From the NCBI GenBank assembly GCA_963677485.1, contig OY781964.1:928001-992000 (forward strand): DNA of 64,000 nt, read 5' to 3'. The notes under the pieces are model-generated. The model saw only the letters and a program-made list of their open reading frames with translations, was not told the DNA's origin and made no database searches. Below, one piece after another: positions 10,463 to 21,912 of the stretch (positions are counted from its first letter, which is position 1; every line of letters starts with the position of its first letter). This DNA is from Armatimonadota bacterium. GTDB taxonomy: Bacteria; Armatimonadota; HRBIN16. The translations under genes and the position numbers were made by a program.

Positions 10463-11728
10463 CTAGTATATATCCAGCTGGCGGATGTCACGCCGCATTC
10501 CTAGGATGACCACGGCCATGATGCAGAATATGACACAAACCCACACCGCCGAGATGGCACCATACTGTCTGGCCAACCATCCTACCAGAAGCGACCCGAA
10601 CGGGCCAACGCCTGCCATAGCATAGAAATGCAGCGAGGCCGCACGCCCAGTCATCGAAGGCGGCGCCTGCAGTTGCATCAGTGAGTTGATGGACGCCAGG
10701 GTGCTCACCATTCCACATCCCACCATGGCTAGACCTACCATGGCGATATAGAATGCCCAATGCGAATGCCAGACAGCAATACCGTTGAACAATACCAAAC
10801 CCATGCACAGAATGGATGAAGTCATAAGCAACGCCAGCCCTCGAGGCACCTTGCCTACAAACTGCCCAAGCAGTATGGCTCCCGCCAGCGCACCAACGCC
10901 AGTCGCACTGTACATAGTGCCCAGTCCATGCTGGCCGGTCTGGAAAATATCTTTAGCATACACAGGGAGTAGTGCCACATAACTCAACCCAAACAGGCAG
11001 ATCACAGCATCAAGTGAGAGTATCGCCTTCATCAGCGGATTTCGCTTCACCATACGTAAACCGGCCAGCACATCAGACCAGGCTGAGTTCCGCATAATCG
11101 ACCTATCGCTCGGTCGAACCGTCACATACAGCATCATCACCACGACGGCCAAATAACTGATCGCATTAAAGCCGAAACACCACCCGGCACCCTTCCAATC
11201 CATGACTAATGCACCGGCTACTGGCCCGAGAATTCGCGAAATATTAAACGCCACACTGTTCATCGCGATGCCGACAGGCATCAACTCGGGCCCGAGCATG
11301 TCCATCACAATCGCCTGGCGGGAAGGACCATCTACCGTCATCACAAACCCACTGGCCACGGCAATCAGCACAACATGCCAGAATGCCAGCATATGAAGCT
11401 GCGCCAAAACTGCTAATATCGCCGCCAGCACAAATGAGATAAACGAGGTCAACATCACCAGCCGCCGCCGCTCAAACCGATCGACCAGAACTCCGCCAAA
11501 CAACCCAAACAAGGTAATGGGGAGCTGTCCCAGAAACGGAACTAGCCCCAGCAAAAACTGGTCGTTTGTCAGTAGATAGACATACCAGCCCATCGCCACA
11601 TTCTGCATCCAACTGCCCATAAAGGAGGTCAGCATACCAATCCAATAGAGCCGGTAATCCCTGACCTGCCATACGGACAGGTTGGGATTTCCATGGAATG
11701 AGTTGGTGGAGAGATGATCCGTGGTCAT
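10463..11728 (-). CDS. MFS transporter (DUF894/H+ antiporter-like)
   Basis: About 12 TMs; GSWMQNVAMGW, GGVLVDRFERRRL, NSVAFNISRILGP. Confidence 0.9.
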   Translation of the reverse strand: MTTDHLSTNSFHGNPNLSVWQVRDYRLYWIGMLTSFMGSWMQNVAMGWYVYLLTNDQFLLGLVPFLGQLPITLFGLFGGVLVDRFERRRLVMLTSFISFVLAAILAVLAQLHMLAFWHVVLIAVASGFVMTVDGPSRQAIVMDMLGPELMPVGIAMNSVAFNISRILGPVAGALVMDWKGAGWCFGFNAISYLAVVVMMLYVTVRPSDRSIMRNSAWSDVLAGLRMVKRNPLMKAILSLDAVICLFGLSYVALLPVYAKDIFQTGQHGLGTMYSATGVGALAGAILLGQFVGKVPRGLALLMTSSILCMGLVLFNGIAVWHSHWAFYIAMVGLAMVGCGMVSTLASINSLMQLQAPPSMTGRAASLHFYAMAGVGPFGSLLVGWLARQYGAISAVWVCVIFCIMAVVILGMRRDIRQLDIY

Positions 11729-11878
11729 ATATTCATGGTAACATTTCTGGATTCAGGGTTGATTTACACCAGTATTCGGTGCTCAGATATATGGTCATTC
11801 ACCATATATACGGGATGCTGTATTCCGCGTGACATTTGTCCGATCCGACGAATCCGTCGGATAACGAACCTGCCCCAG

Positions 11879-11920
11879 AAAAAGCAAACCGGGCGGGACC
11901 ATGAATGGCACCGCCCGGTT
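11879..11920 (-). terminator. Rho-independent terminator of the PPIase gene
   Basis: AACCGGGCGG...CCGCCCGGTT stem followed by TGCTTTTT on the minus strand. Confidence 0.75.
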
Positions 11921-11939
11921 AGTTGCAGACACCGATAGA

Positions 11940-13628
11940 CTACTTGCTTTTCTTGGGAGCAGGCTTTTCGGTTTTTGATGGCTCGGGCCGTGCTTGCATC
12001 ACAGGAGCCGCTGCGGGTTTCTTGTAGTCGGCGATGATCTTGGTTTGAGCGGCTACCAGATCGGCACGCCCCATCTTTTTATACTCAGCCAAAATCATGT
12101 CCTGCGCCTGCAGGTTGCGGTTGTTCGCTACCTTGCTGGCCATCTGAAGCTGTTCGATCGTGCCTTTGGTGTCACCGACATCCCACAGCAGCTTCGCCAG
12201 TTCAATACGCACCATGGGGCTCTCCATTTTAACCAGAGCTTGCTTGTAGGTTTTGGCAGCTTTCTGTTTCAACTGCTCCACCAGTGCGGGGGCCACACCT
12301 GGAGTGCTTGACTGCATCGAGTAGAGCTGTGCTAGTTGAAGCTGCACATTAGTCGAGTTGTTTGTCTTGCTGGCCTCGTCAAACAGCTTGACGGCCTTGC
12401 CTATGCCTTCTGGCGTATATGGGCTGCTTTTCGGGTCGCCAAACGCAGCGTCAAACACTTTGATCTCAGGATCATTGATCTCAACTTTGGCGTTGTCGAT
12501 CAACTGCTTCTGGTATTTACTCCAGAGGGCCTGTTTGGCGGTATCAATATACTGTTTTTTGAGTTCAGGCTTGCGCTTCTCGAAGTCTTTGGTAACGCCC
12601 GAAGTGATTTTGTCCAGTTTGATGATGTGGTAACCATAACTGGATTTCACGGGTTGTGAGACCTCGCCAAGCTTCAGCTTATCTGCCGCTTCGGCGAACT
12701 CAGGTACGTAACTAGAAGCTAAGCTATTACGAAGACCAGGATTAAGCTCTCCCCCGCGGGTCTTGCTGCCTGGGTCTTCAGAGTACTGTCCAGCAAGCTT
12801 AGCGAAATCTCCACCGGCTTTAATCTTGGCTTCGATCTCATTAGCAAGCTTCAATGCATCGGCATCTTTGCGTTTTCCGGTGGTGACCAGGATGTGTCGA
12901 ATGTTTAGCATATCTAGCCCAGCTTTAAGCACTTCATCACTCGGATCATCCACTTTGCTGACCTTATCCTGAAGTCTTTTCTGCAGTAACCCCAGTTTGA
13001 TCTGCTCCCCATCCTTCGTAACGCTATCTTTCGCGATAGAATCAATGAACTCGGGAAGGCTCTTGCCGGTCTGCTTCTTTACAAAGTCAGCCCACTCTTT
13101 GTCGTTCATTGGCTTCTTTTGGCTGATCTGCATCCGCTGCATCTGCAATTGGGCAGTCAACTGTGTCTTGGCTTCTGCCAGCAGTTCGCTGTCATTTACG
13201 CTCACGCCCTCGCGCTTCGCGGCATCTTCCAGCAAAGCGGCCTGCTTGAGCTGGTTGAATGCCTGGTAGTTCTGCTGTACTTGATATAACGCATCATCAG
13301 AACCTGGATACATGTTCGATCGCATTCTATCCTGAGCTTGACTAACAGCCTTAGCCAACTGAGGCTGAGTGATCTCAATACCATTCACTTTACCGACCAC
13401 AGAGGACTCGCGGCTGCCACCGCCGGCACCGCCGCAGCCACCGCCGCCGAAATATGTAACCATACCCAGCCCGAACACAACAGCTAGGCCGACAGCGATA
13501 CCGGAGCCAACATGGCTAAATTTTTCACGCATGGTGCGCAGCGACACTACCTCTTCTTCGACATGAGGTTTTTGCGGATTCGGTTGAGAAGATGTTTGTT
13601 TGGGCTTCTGGTTCTGTCCGTTCGCCAT
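11940..13628 (-). CDS. Membrane-anchored peptidyl-prolyl isomerase (SurA-N + PpiC/parvulin) with C-terminal TPR-like helices
   Basis: KVNGIEIT, RHILV, GGDFAKLAGQYSEDPGSKTRGGEL, VPEFAEAA, VKSSYGYHIIK. Confidence 0.88.
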   Translation of the reverse strand: MANGQNQKPKQTSSQPNPQKPHVEEEVVSLRTMREKFSHVGSGIAVGLAVVFGLGMVTYFGGGGCGGAGGGSRESSVVGKVNGIEITQPQLAKAVSQAQDRMRSNMYPGSDDALYQVQQNYQAFNQLKQAALLEDAAKREGVSVNDSELLAEAKTQLTAQLQMQRMQISQKKPMNDKEWADFVKKQTGKSLPEFIDSIAKDSVTKDGEQIKLGLLQKRLQDKVSKVDDPSDEVLKAGLDMLNIRHILVTTGKRKDADALKLANEIEAKIKAGGDFAKLAGQYSEDPGSKTRGGELNPGLRNSLASSYVPEFAEAADKLKLGEVSQPVKSSYGYHIIKLDKITSGVTKDFEKRKPELKKQYIDTAKQALWSKYQKQLIDNAKVEINDPEIKVFDAAFGDPKSSPYTPEGIGKAVKLFDEASKTNNSTNVQLQLAQLYSMQSSTPGVAPALVEQLKQKAAKTYKQALVKMESPMVRIELAKLLWDVGDTKGTIEQLQMASKVANNRNLQAQDMILAEYKKMGRADLVAAQTKIIADYKKPAAAPVMQARPEPSKTEKPAPKKSK

Positions 13629-13700
13629 GATTCGCCTAACTCCTACTATCTGATTTGATTATTAATGGTTCTGTAGTTTGCACAGCAGTGACCGGTAGGG

Positions 13701-14525
13701 TTACCTGACTGTGTATGGGATGCCTTTTTGTTTAAGTTCACTCGTGAACTTGTTCACATTTTGCTTGACTCGGTACTGAGCTAACTGAACGACATACCCG
13801 CCGCTTGGTGATTTGATGATATCGGCTCCCGGCACATGTGCCTTGAGATGCGTAAGACCAGCCTGCGCCTCAGCCAATGATTTGTAGTGAGTACTGGCCA
13901 TCACTCGATAGACACCAGCCGCCGGGGTTACCGGCGGCAGTTTTGTTTGATCATCTAACCTTGTTGGCTGTTGCACTGGCAAACTTGGTTTGGTCATAGC
14001 TGGCAACGGCTTTTTAGCCGCCGGCGGCTTCACCTTAGGCTTCACTGACGGTTTCGCCACTGTAGCCGGTTCCGGCTTTTTCACCACGATCCTCTTTGGA
14101 ATGGTGATCGAAACGGCGGCTTTGGGTTTGAGCTTTGGCTTCACCTTCGGCTGCGGTGCTTTTGTGGGTTCCGCAACATGAACTGGCTTCTCTGGTGTCT
14201 CGCTGGCCTTCGGTTTCGGTGATTCCGTTGGTTTCACCTCAGTAGATTTACCGGGCTTATTCACAATCACCTCCACCTCCACATCATCGCTAGAGGGCTT
14301 CTTCTCAGCCTTTTTGACGCTGGAAGGCGGCTCCGCCGACTTAAGAGGCAGCTTGCTGGGGCCTGTGACAGCTGGTGTTAGCCGACTTTTGTGCGATGCT
14401 GGGTTGCGAAACACCAACGGTCCTAACACCCCGCCTAATGCATAGGCGACAGCCAGACCGACGATCAACACCAATATCCACCAGCCGGAACTCTGTTTTC
14501 TCTGTGCTGTTCGATTGTTTCTCAC
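13701..14525 (-). CDS. SPOR-domain protein with N-terminal TM and Lys/Pro-rich linker
   Basis: TM near N-terminus, KP-rich low-complexity linker, C-terminal YRV...YVVQLAQY...LKQKGI SPOR-like repeats. Confidence 0.65.
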   Translation of the reverse strand: MRNNRTAQRKQSSGWWILVLIVGLAVAYALGGVLGPLVFRNPASHKSRLTPAVTGPSKLPLKSAEPPSSVKKAEKKPSSDDVEVEVIVNKPGKSTEVKPTESPKPKASETPEKPVHVAEPTKAPQPKVKPKLKPKAAVSITIPKRIVVKKPEPATVAKPSVKPKVKPPAAKKPLPAMTKPSLPVQQPTRLDDQTKLPPVTPAAGVYRVMASTHYKSLAEAQAGLTHLKAHVPGADIIKSPSGGYVVQLAQYRVKQNVNKFTSELKQKGIPYTVR

Positions 14526-14537
14526 GATGTCTTCGTC

Positions 14538-16370
14538 CTAAGCCTCGCCCCAACTAGTTTTAGGCTCTGCTTTTTGGGCATCACCCAACAGGCCGAGGAA
14601 TGTCGTGCGATCGAGTGTTTCGGTGCTCATCAGGGTTTCTGCCACATGCACCACCATTTCGTGGTTAGCCTGTAGAATTTTAAGACCGCGCCGGAAACAT
14701 TCATCGACAATGGTGCGTACTTCATGATCGATGATCGTCGCGATCTCCTCACTGTAGTTGCGATCTTCCATGATGTCTCGCCCCAGGAAGGGGTTTCCAT
14801 GTCGGCGGCCAAAAGTGAGATGTCCCAACTTTTTGCTCATACCGTATTCGCAAACCATTGCTCGGGCGATTTCAGTCGCACGGCTCAAGTCATTATTCGC
14901 GCCAGTGGTGGCCTCGCCAAACTTCAGCGTTTCCGCCGCCCTGCCGCCCAGGAACGCGGTGATGCGGTCAAGCAACTGCGCTCTGGTGATGAGGAATGTA
15001 TCCTTCTCGGGTAGATACATCGTCACACCGAGGGCCATGCCTCGCGGCAGAATCGTCACTTTATGAACTGGGTCTGAGTTCGGCAGAAGTTCGCCGATGA
15101 TAGCATGACCCACTTCGTGGTACGCCACCATCTCTTTTTCCGCCGGATCGATCAGCCGACTCTTCTTCTCAGGCCCGGCGATCACGCGATCCACCGCTTC
15201 CTCAAAGTGCCGGTTCTCAATCGACTTGCAGTCTTCACGAGCCGCCATCAAAGCAGCCTCATTGACCAGGTTGGCCAGATCGGCCCCGCTAAAGCCTGGG
15301 GTCATTTTACTGATGGCCACGCTGTCCACATCGTCATCAAAAGGCATACCCTTCATGTGTACACGAAGAATCTCATCGCGGCCCTTCTGATCTGGCGGGT
15401 CAACCATCACCTGACGGTCAAATCGGCCAGGGCGCAGCAACGCCGGGTCTAGAACATCAGGCCGGTTGGTCGCAGCGATCAGTATGATCCCGCTGTTGGG
15501 GTCGAATCCGTCCATCTCCACCAGCATCTGGTTGAGTGTCTGTTCACGCTCATCATGCCCGCCGCCCAGTCCAGCTCCACGCTGTCGGCCTACGGCGTCA
15601 ATTTCATCAATAAAGATGAGGCACGGGCGGTTTGCCTTCGCGGTCTCAAAAAGATCACGCACACGGCTGGCGCCTACGCCTACGAACATCTCCACGAACT
15701 CAGAACCACTGCTATGGAAAAAGGGCACTTCCGCCTCCCCCGCCACAGCACGCGCCAGCAGCGTTTTACCGCATCCTGGAGGGCCCAGCAATAATACGCC
15801 TCTGGGGATCTTCGCTCCCAGCACAGAGTATTTTTTGGGGTTTTTGAGGAAGTCGACTATCTCAGAAAGCTCTTCTTTGGCTTCATCAACGCCGGCGACG
15901 TCAGCGAAGGTGATTTTTGGCGTATTCTCACCTGCCCGCCGTGCCCGGCTGCGTCCAAAGGACATCGCCTGGTTGTTACCCGACTGCGCCTGACGCATCA
16001 TGAAGAACCAAAATACGCCCATTATCAACACGACAGAGAGCAGCGGCAGCAGCCCTTGTATCACTTCGTTTGCTACGGATTTAATGAACGTGAATTGAAC
16101 GGACTTAGCTTCCATACGTTCAAGCAGTTGAGCCCGCGCTTCCGAAGTGTCCGGAAGTGTTGAGGTGTATTCTGTGTTATCTAGTCCCCGCAGACTGACG
16201 GTATCGCGGTCAAACGACGCCTTCAGTATTTGGTTGGTATCTACCAGTTGCAGCACACGCGAATAATCGATTTTCTTAGGCGCAGGCCCGCCGATTTCTC
16301 CGCGCATGAGATAGAAGATAGATAGTGCCAATACTGTGACAACCAGTATGGTGCTGATCCTTCTGTTCAA
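14538..16370 (-). CDS. ftsH: ATP-dependent zinc metalloprotease FtsH
   Basis: GPPGCGKT Walker [30 protein letters not shown]; GGAGG RBS before TTG 16370. Confidence 0.97.
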   Translation of the reverse strand: MNRRISTILVVTVLALSIFYLMRGEIGGPAPKKIDYSRVLQLVDTNQILKASFDRDTVSLRGLDNTEYTSTLPDTSEARAQLLERMEAKSVQFTFIKSVANEVIQGLLPLLSVVLIMGVFWFFMMRQAQSGNNQAMSFGRSRARRAGENTPKITFADVAGVDEAKEELSEIVDFLKNPKKYSVLGAKIPRGVLLLGPPGCGKTLLARAVAGEAEVPFFHSSGSEFVEMFVGVGASRVRDLFETAKANRPCLIFIDEIDAVGRQRGAGLGGGHDEREQTLNQMLVEMDGFDPNSGIILIAATNRPDVLDPALLRPGRFDRQVMVDPPDQKGRDEILRVHMKGMPFDDDVDSVAISKMTPGFSGADLANLVNEAALMAAREDCKSIENRHFEEAVDRVIAGPEKKSRLIDPAEKEMVAYHEVGHAIIGELLPNSDPVHKVTILPRGMALGVTMYLPEKDTFLITRAQLLDRITAFLGGRAAETLKFGEATTGANNDLSRATEIARAMVCEYGMSKKLGHLTFGRRHGNPFLGRDIMEDRNYSEEIATIIDHEVRTIVDECFRRGLKILQANHEMVVHVAETLMSTETLDRTTFLGLLGDAQKAEPKTSWGEA

Positions 16371-16413
16371 ACAGTCCTCCGAATGGGGCGCCACCCCCTT
16401 GTAATCAGCGTCA

Positions 16414-17838
16414 TTATAACATACGAGATAGTGGAAGAATCCGTTGCATCTCCGCTTGTATCTCTGCCTCGAGTACCAGGCAGTCACATCCACCGGTCGG
16501 GGTTTTGCATCTGTCGGCGATACATCCGCCAGGCACCCAAACCACACCTTCCGCATCTGCCAGCACAGGCCAGGCCCGCCGCCAGTTGCCAGGTATCCCC
16601 GCGGATGACAGCACATCAAAAACCTTGCGGCGTCCACTCATGCCCAAGGGCAATATCCGCTCACCCGTTCGAGCGACCCGAAACACCAGCGGAGGCACGA
16701 TGCAATCCATATTTAGACTCACCTGCCAATTACCGAGGTTTCGGATAGGACTTTGCCGCCTCGCCCGCACCATATGAAACACAATACCCGTATTGGGATC
16801 CGTAAAGTGGGGCGCATTGACATCAACAGGCTGCTCCCAGACCACCGGTAAAACCTCTTGAGGCGCATTCTCACGCGCAATCAACTTCTGCCCGTCGCTC
16901 CTCACCACCAGCTTGCGGCTGGTGAGGTTGACCGCACCACGGGTGCCGGTCAGCAAATACTGCCGCAGACGTTCAATATGCCGTAACTCTACCCCTTCGG
17001 TTCCGCCAAACTCATCAAAAATCTTACAGATGATGCGCCGCTGCACGGCCACCGTCTGGTTCATGATCGCATCACGGGGCACCATCACGGCACCATTCAC
17101 ACGCTGCACGACCTCTTCAAAAACAGGTCCGATCCGCCGATCCCAATCGATCTCTTCCTGCCGGGCGATATCGCTGAACCTGAGTAAGGCTTTATCCACA
17201 CCGGGGTTCACTTGCCTGAGCAGCGGAAGAACCTTCAAGCGCAGCAGGTTTCGGCTAAACCGTGTATCCGCGTTGCTTTCGTCCGTGATGTAAGGCAGTC
17301 CCAGTGACTGGCAATACTTCTCGGTGTCGGCGCGCCTGATCTCCAGCAACGGTCGGAGGGGGTCACCAAGTCGGTCCATGCCCATCACACCGTGCCAGCC
17401 GCTGCCGCGCACCAGGTGCAGCAACAGACTTTCCACCTGGTCGTCTGCGTTGTGCCCTACGCACAGAATGTGGGCGGAATGCTCACGCAAGATAGTCCGA
17501 AGTGCTTCGTATCGCAGGTGGCGTGCCACCGCTTCAAGCCCTTCACTGGCTAAGGCGTTACTGCCCTCCACGTCGACTTGCTGCGAAACAAACGGCACAC
17601 CCAGAAGACCGCACATTCGTTCGCAGTGCAACTGGTCCTCTTCGGCTTGTTCCCGCAGCGAATGGTTGATGTGGGCCGCCACCACCCAAATCCCCAGCTC
17701 TGAGCGATGAGAGGCCAGCAGATGCAACAGCGTGCAGCTATCTGCACCGCCCGAAAACCCTACCAAAAGCCGTTTGCCTTTGACTAAACGCCGTATATCA
17801 GCATCGAGTACGCGGTTGGCAAGCTCCTCGGAAAACAC
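16414..17838 (-). CDS. tilS: tRNA(Ile)-lysidine synthase
   Basis: [10 protein letters not shown]-loop, [38 protein letters not shown]; upstream of ftsH. Confidence 0.95.
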   Translation of the reverse strand: MFSEELANRVLDADIRRLVKGKRLLVGFSGGADSCTLLHLLASHRSELGIWVVAAHINHSLREQAEEDQLHCERMCGLLGVPFVSQQVDVEGSNALASEGLEAVARHLRYEALRTILREHSAHILCVGHNADDQVESLLLHLVRGSGWHGVMGMDRLGDPLRPLLEIRRADTEKYCQSLGLPYITDESNADTRFSRNLLRLKVLPLLRQVNPGVDKALLRFSDIARQEEIDWDRRIGPVFEEVVQRVNGAVMVPRDAIMNQTVAVQRRIICKIFDEFGGTEGVELRHIERLRQYLLTGTRGAVNLTSRKLVVRSDGQKLIARENAPQEVLPVVWEQPVDVNAPHFTDPNTGIVFHMVRARRQSPIRNLGNWQVSLNMDCIVPPLVFRVARTGERILPLGMSGRRKVFDVLSSAGIPGNWRRAWPVLADAEGVVWVPGGCIADRCKTPTGGCDCLVLEAEIQAEMQRILPLSRML

Positions 17839-17839
17839 A

Positions 17840-18628
17840 TCAGGCCCCCTTGCCTATGGTATGTCCAAGTGCCCGTAAAGCGTCCACGTGTTCCAGCTTA
17901 TCTACATCAACACCCACTCCGGCATCATGGGTTATGATCTCCTCAAAACTGACGCCCATCACTTCGTTCAGGCGGGTCTTGATATGTTGAATACCCAACA
18001 GACTGGGAAACAACCGTCCAAAGATCAAACGCATGATCATGGCGGGACCAAGCAATGAGGCGATTTGCTTCACGCTCTTACGCGCCTCAAAAAAAGTGTT
18101 GATCATTGGCCGCACCCTCTGCAGTGCGTCCGCTTTGGCCATGAAAAGATTGCCGCCGGTAAAGCTGCCTTCGGCCACTTTCAATGTGGTTCGGGCCATG
18201 TTCGGAAACAGTCTTTTGCACTCATCCACAGGAATGATGGGCCAGCATACATCAACGCTCTTTAACAGTGACTGGTCTACGAACTCGGCAACAGCAACAG
18301 CAGTCAAAAAAGGCGCATCTGCCGTCGCGATAAGAACATATTCCGCGGGCCCTAATTCGGCAAGCCCCCCGTACAGGTTATTGACAAAACTGCCTTTATC
18401 AGCAACTTTGCTAATTCCGTTCGGTGCAGGCACGTTGCCCACAACTACTACATTTTCTATGCGTCCGCTGTTAATCACGGCTTCTATCACCGATTGCACA
18501 ATCGGTCGGCCATTTATAACCAGGCACGCCTTATTGGAAACACCCGTTTTGGTGGCGAACTCTGCGCTTGTTTCGCCGCCGGCGAGAATGATACATCCTA
18601 CTAGCATCGATACCCTCTTGCATTTCAT
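17840..18628 (-). CDS. MobA-like NTP-transferase family protein
   Basis: IILAGG, NKACLVINGRPIV, ATADAPFLT, FTGGNL, VDVDK; start approximate. Confidence 0.8.
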   Translation of the reverse strand: MKCKRVSMLVGCIILAGGETSAEFATKTGVSNKACLVINGRPIVQSVIEAVINSGRIENVVVVGNVPAPNGISKVADKGSFVNNLYGGLAELGPAEYVLIATADAPFLTAVAVAEFVDQSLLKSVDVCWPIIPVDECKRLFPNMARTTLKVAEGSFTGGNLFMAKADALQRVRPMINTFFEARKSVKQIASLLGPAMIMRLIFGRLFPSLLGIQHIKTRLNEVMGVSFEEIITHDAGVGVDVDKLEHVDALRALGHTIGKGA

Positions 18629-18775
18629 ACCAGGGGATTCGTATCCCTCTAACCAGTCTACCTGAACTGAGCTATTTCCGAAACCGTAGGCGAATATGGT
18701 ACCTTTACCCAGCCTGAACAGGTATATATAGTAAAGAGCACCACAGAAGTCGATGAACCAAGGGAGTATGATGAG

Positions 18776-19519
18776 ATGATTGCTATCATTGGCGGGACAG
18801 GTTTTACGGACTGGATGGCCAGCCACCCTCACAAAACCCACATAGTGTCAACAATTGATGGTGACCAACCCATCTACGAAATCACACTTGATGGCATCGA
18901 ATGTCTGTTCGTCCCTCGCCATGGTGCCTTCCACCATATTTTGCCTCATAACATCAACAGCGCCGCGATCATCCGCGCCGTACAGCAGATGGGAGCCAAT
19001 GGCATACTGGCGACCTTTGCGGTAGGCTCCCTGACCTCCAGCCGCCGCACTGGCGAAATCGTCGTGCTAAATGACTTCATCGACTTCACACATCGACGCA
19101 GGCAAACCCTGTTTGAAGTCGAACCGCATAAAGCACATACGGACTTCAGTCAGCCATTCTGCCCGTTGCTCAGGCAGGCGCTTATTGAGGCTAGTCATTC
19201 GCTTCGGCTTCCGGTTCACAGCTCCGGCACGTATCTATGTGTCGATGGCCCTCGATACGAAACACCCGCCGAAGTGCGTTTGTTCGGGCAGCTCGGTGCC
19301 GATGTGGTGGGCATGACTTTGGTGCCAGAGGTTGTGTTTGCTAAAGAGCTGGGTATCCCCTATGCTGGCGTCGCCGTGATCACCAATATGGGCACTGGCC
19401 TCACGTCTGAAGCACTGGCTCATGAAAACATCGGTGAGAATTTCGGCGAAGTAAGAACCGACTTAACAGGCCTAATGCAACGGGCCATCCTCAATGGCCG
19501 CATTGATAATACGAAATAG
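18776..19519 (+). CDS. mtnP: MTAP-family purine nucleoside phosphorylase (methylthioadenosine/methylthioinosine phosphorylase)
   Basis: IAIIGGTG, PRHG..H.ILPH.IN, AVGSL, GPRYETPAE, DVVGMTLVPE, ITNMGTG. Confidence 0.88.
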   Translation: MIAIIGGTGFTDWMASHPHKTHIVSTIDGDQPIYEITLDGIECLFVPRHGAFHHILPHNINSAAIIRAVQQMGANGILATFAVGSLTSSRRTGEIVVLNDFIDFTHRRRQTLFEVEPHKAHTDFSQPFCPLLRQALIEASHSLRLPVHSSGTYLCVDGPRYETPAEVRLFGQLGADVVGMTLVPEVVFAKELGIPYAGVAVITNMGTGLTSEALAHENIGENFGEVRTDLTGLMQRAILNGRIDNTK

Positions 19520-19521
19520 TG

Positions 19522-19551
19522 TTGACGGAGTTGCCCAAAACGTGCTAAAAT
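19522..19551 (+). promoter_or_regulatory. Putative sigma70 promoter of gap operon
   Basis: TTGACG-N18-TAAAAT with extended -10 TG. Confidence 0.6.
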
Positions 19552-19636
19552 AGACATCGAGAGATTTCGCATACTCTGCCGTCTCTATTGCAAACAATCG
19601 AATTCGGTACCCATAACCCCTACATGGAGGAACATA

Positions 19637-20650
19637 ATGGCTGTTAAGGTCGGTATCAACGGCTTCGGTCGCATCGGGCGTCTCGTTCTGCGCGGTATTT
19701 TGAAGAACTACGCTGACACTATCGAAGTTGTTGCAATCAACGACTTGGTTGATCCTAAGACCAATGCTCACCTGCTTAAGTACGACACAAACTACGGCAT
19801 CCTTGCAAACGAAGTGACCGCCGATGATACGAACATCTACGTCGATGGCAAAGCCATCCGCATCTTCGCACAGCGCAATCCAGCCGACATCGACTGGGCT
19901 TCCTTCGGTGTTGATGTTGTAGTAGAAGGCACCGGCCTGTTCACCGATGCTGCTAAAGCTGGCGCTCACCTCGGTGGCACCGTGAAGAAAGTCATCATCA
20001 CCGCTCCTGCTAAGGGTGAAGATGCCACCATCGTGATGGGTGTGAATGAAGGAACCTACGTTGCTTCCAAGCACAACATCATCTCCAATGCAAGCTGCAC
20101 CACCAACTGCCTGGCCCCTGTAGCCCGCGTGCTACAGGATAGCTTCGGTATCGTGAAGGGTCTCATGACCACCATTCACGCTTACACGAATGACCAGAAA
20201 GTCGCCGACCAGGCCCACAAAGACCTGCGCCGCGCCCGTGCCGCTGCTGTGAACATCATCCCCACCACCACCGGTGCAGCTAAGGCTGTTAGCCTTGCAG
20301 TGCCTGAGATGGCCGGCAAGCTGGATGGTTATTCCTTCCGCGTACCCACCCCTACAGTCTCTGTAGTGGACTTGATCGTTGAGCTCGAGAAGAACACCAC
20401 CCCTGCCGAAATCAACGCCGCCTTCCAGGCTGCTGCTGATGGCAAGATGAAGGGTTACCTCGGCGTAGAGACCAAGCCGCTAGTATCCAAAGACTTCCAG
20501 GGCGACGACCGCTCCTCCATCGTTGATGCCGGACTGACTATGGTCATCGGCGGCAACATGGCTAAAGTGATCTCTTGGTACGACAACGAGTGGGCTTACT
20601 CTATGCGCGTAGGCGACCTGATCACCTACATGGTTAGCAAGGGTCTGTAG
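19637..20650 (+). CDS. gap: Glyceraldehyde-3-phosphate dehydrogenase, type I
   Basis: [26 protein letters not shown]; GGAGG RBS. Confidence 0.99.
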   Translation: MAVKVGINGFGRIGRLVLRGILKNYADTIEVVAINDLVDPKTNAHLLKYDTNYGILANEVTADDTNIYVDGKAIRIFAQRNPADIDWASFGVDVVVEGTGLFTDAAKAGAHLGGTVKKVIITAPAKGEDATIVMGVNEGTYVASKHNIISNASCTTNCLAPVARVLQDSFGIVKGLMTTIHAYTNDQKVADQAHKDLRRARAAAVNIIPTTTGAAKAVSLAVPEMAGKLDGYSFRVPTPTVSVVDLIVELEKNTTPAEINAAFQAAADGKMKGYLGVETKPLVSKDFQGDDRSSIVDAGLTMVIGGNMAKVISWYDNEWAYSMRVGDLITYMVSKGL

Positions 20651-20675
20651 ATCCCTTTCGACACCTACTTCACTT

Positions 20676-20709
20676 GGGGCGGGCGGGGTAACCTGCCTGC
20701 CCCTTTTTT
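20676..20709 (+). terminator. Terminator/attenuator hairpin between gap and pgk
   Basis: GGGGCGGGCGGG-GTAA-CCTGCCTGCCCC-TTTTTT. Confidence 0.8.
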
Positions 20710-20728
20710 GTAACGGAGGATCATCACA

Positions 20729-21898
20729 GTGAACAAGAAGACCGTTATGGATATCGACGTGGCCGGCAAGCGCGTTCTTGTGCGAGTCGACTTCAACGTG
20801 CCGATGGAAAATGGCGTCATCACCAACGACAAGCGCGTGGTTGCCGCCCTCCCCACCATCAAATACCTCATCGAACACAAAGCCCGCGTCATTCTCTGCT
20901 CTCACCTCGGCCGACCGGTAGACGGCCCCGATGACACCATGCGCCTCGCCCCTGTCGCTGAGTGCCTGGCCAAACTCATCGGACAGCCCGTCAAGGCTCT
21001 GAACGACTGCATCGGCGACGCCGTGAAGGCCGAAGTCATGAAGATGCAGGACGGCGATGTGGTCATGCTGGAGAACGTCCGCTTCTACAAACAAGAGACC
21101 AAGAATGAGTCCGGATTCGTAGCCCAACTGGCCGACCTGGCCGAACTCTACGTGAACGACGCCTTTGGTTCCGCACACCGTGCCCACGCCTCCACAGAGG
21201 GTGTGGCCCACCACCTGCCCGCAGTGGCCGGTTTCCTGATGCAGAAGGAGCTGGACTACCTCGGCGGCGCACTGGCTGCACCAAAACGTCCTTTCGTGGC
21301 CATCCTTGGCGGCGCGAAAGTAGCTGACAAGATTTCCGTGATTGAGAACCTGTTGACCAAGGTCGACAAGCTCATCATTGGCGGAGGTATGGCCTTCACC
21401 TTCCTGAAAGCTCAGGGCTACGAAATCGGCAAGAGCATCCTGGACGCTGAGCGCGTAGACTTCGCGAAGCAGGTTCTGGCTGACAGCGGCGACAAGATCG
21501 TGCTGCCTGTAGATATGGTGATGGCGGCTGGATTCGACGCCACCGAAACCACCACGGTGGACATCGACGCCATGCCCGCCGATATGGCCGGATTTGACGT
21601 CGGCCCGAAATCTGATGCCCTCTTCGCCGAAGTCATCAAAACCGCGGGCACCGTAATCTGGAACGGCCCGATGGGCGTGTTCGAAAAGCCCCAGTTCGCG
21701 GAGGGCACCCGTGCGATGTGCCAGGCACTGGCTGAGAGTTCGGCAACCAGCATCATCGGCGGCGGCGACAGCGCTTCAGCCGTGAAGAAGATGGGCTACG
21801 CCGACAAGATGACACACATTTCCACTGGCGGCGGTGCCTCCCTGGAGTTCCTTGAAGGCAAGGCTCTTCCCGGCGTCGTGGCTCTGTTGGACAAATAG
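20729..21898 (+). CDS. pgk: Phosphoglycerate kinase
   Basis: RVDFNVP, SHLGRP, LENVRF, NDAFGSAHRAHAS, WNGPMGVFE, STGGGASLE. Confidence 0.99.
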   Translation: MNKKTVMDIDVAGKRVLVRVDFNVPMENGVITNDKRVVAALPTIKYLIEHKARVILCSHLGRPVDGPDDTMRLAPVAECLAKLIGQPVKALNDCIGDAVKAEVMKMQDGDVVMLENVRFYKQETKNESGFVAQLADLAELYVNDAFGSAHRAHASTEGVAHHLPAVAGFLMQKELDYLGGALAAPKRPFVAILGGAKVADKISVIENLLTKVDKLIIGGGMAFTFLKAQGYEIGKSILDAERVDFAKQVLADSGDKIVLPVDMVMAAGFDATETTTVDIDAMPADMAGFDVGPKSDALFAEVIKTAGTVIWNGPMGVFEKPQFAEGTRAMCQALAESSATSIIGGGDSASAVKKMGYADKMTHISTGGGASLEFLEGKALPGVVALLDK

Positions 21899-21912
21899 GA
21901 GAAATAGCGAAT

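Noticed and set aside
16371-16637. N-terminal extension of FtsH overlapping tilS
   Set aside because: A GGAGG RBS before TTG 16370 gives a normal FtsH N-terminus with no overlap
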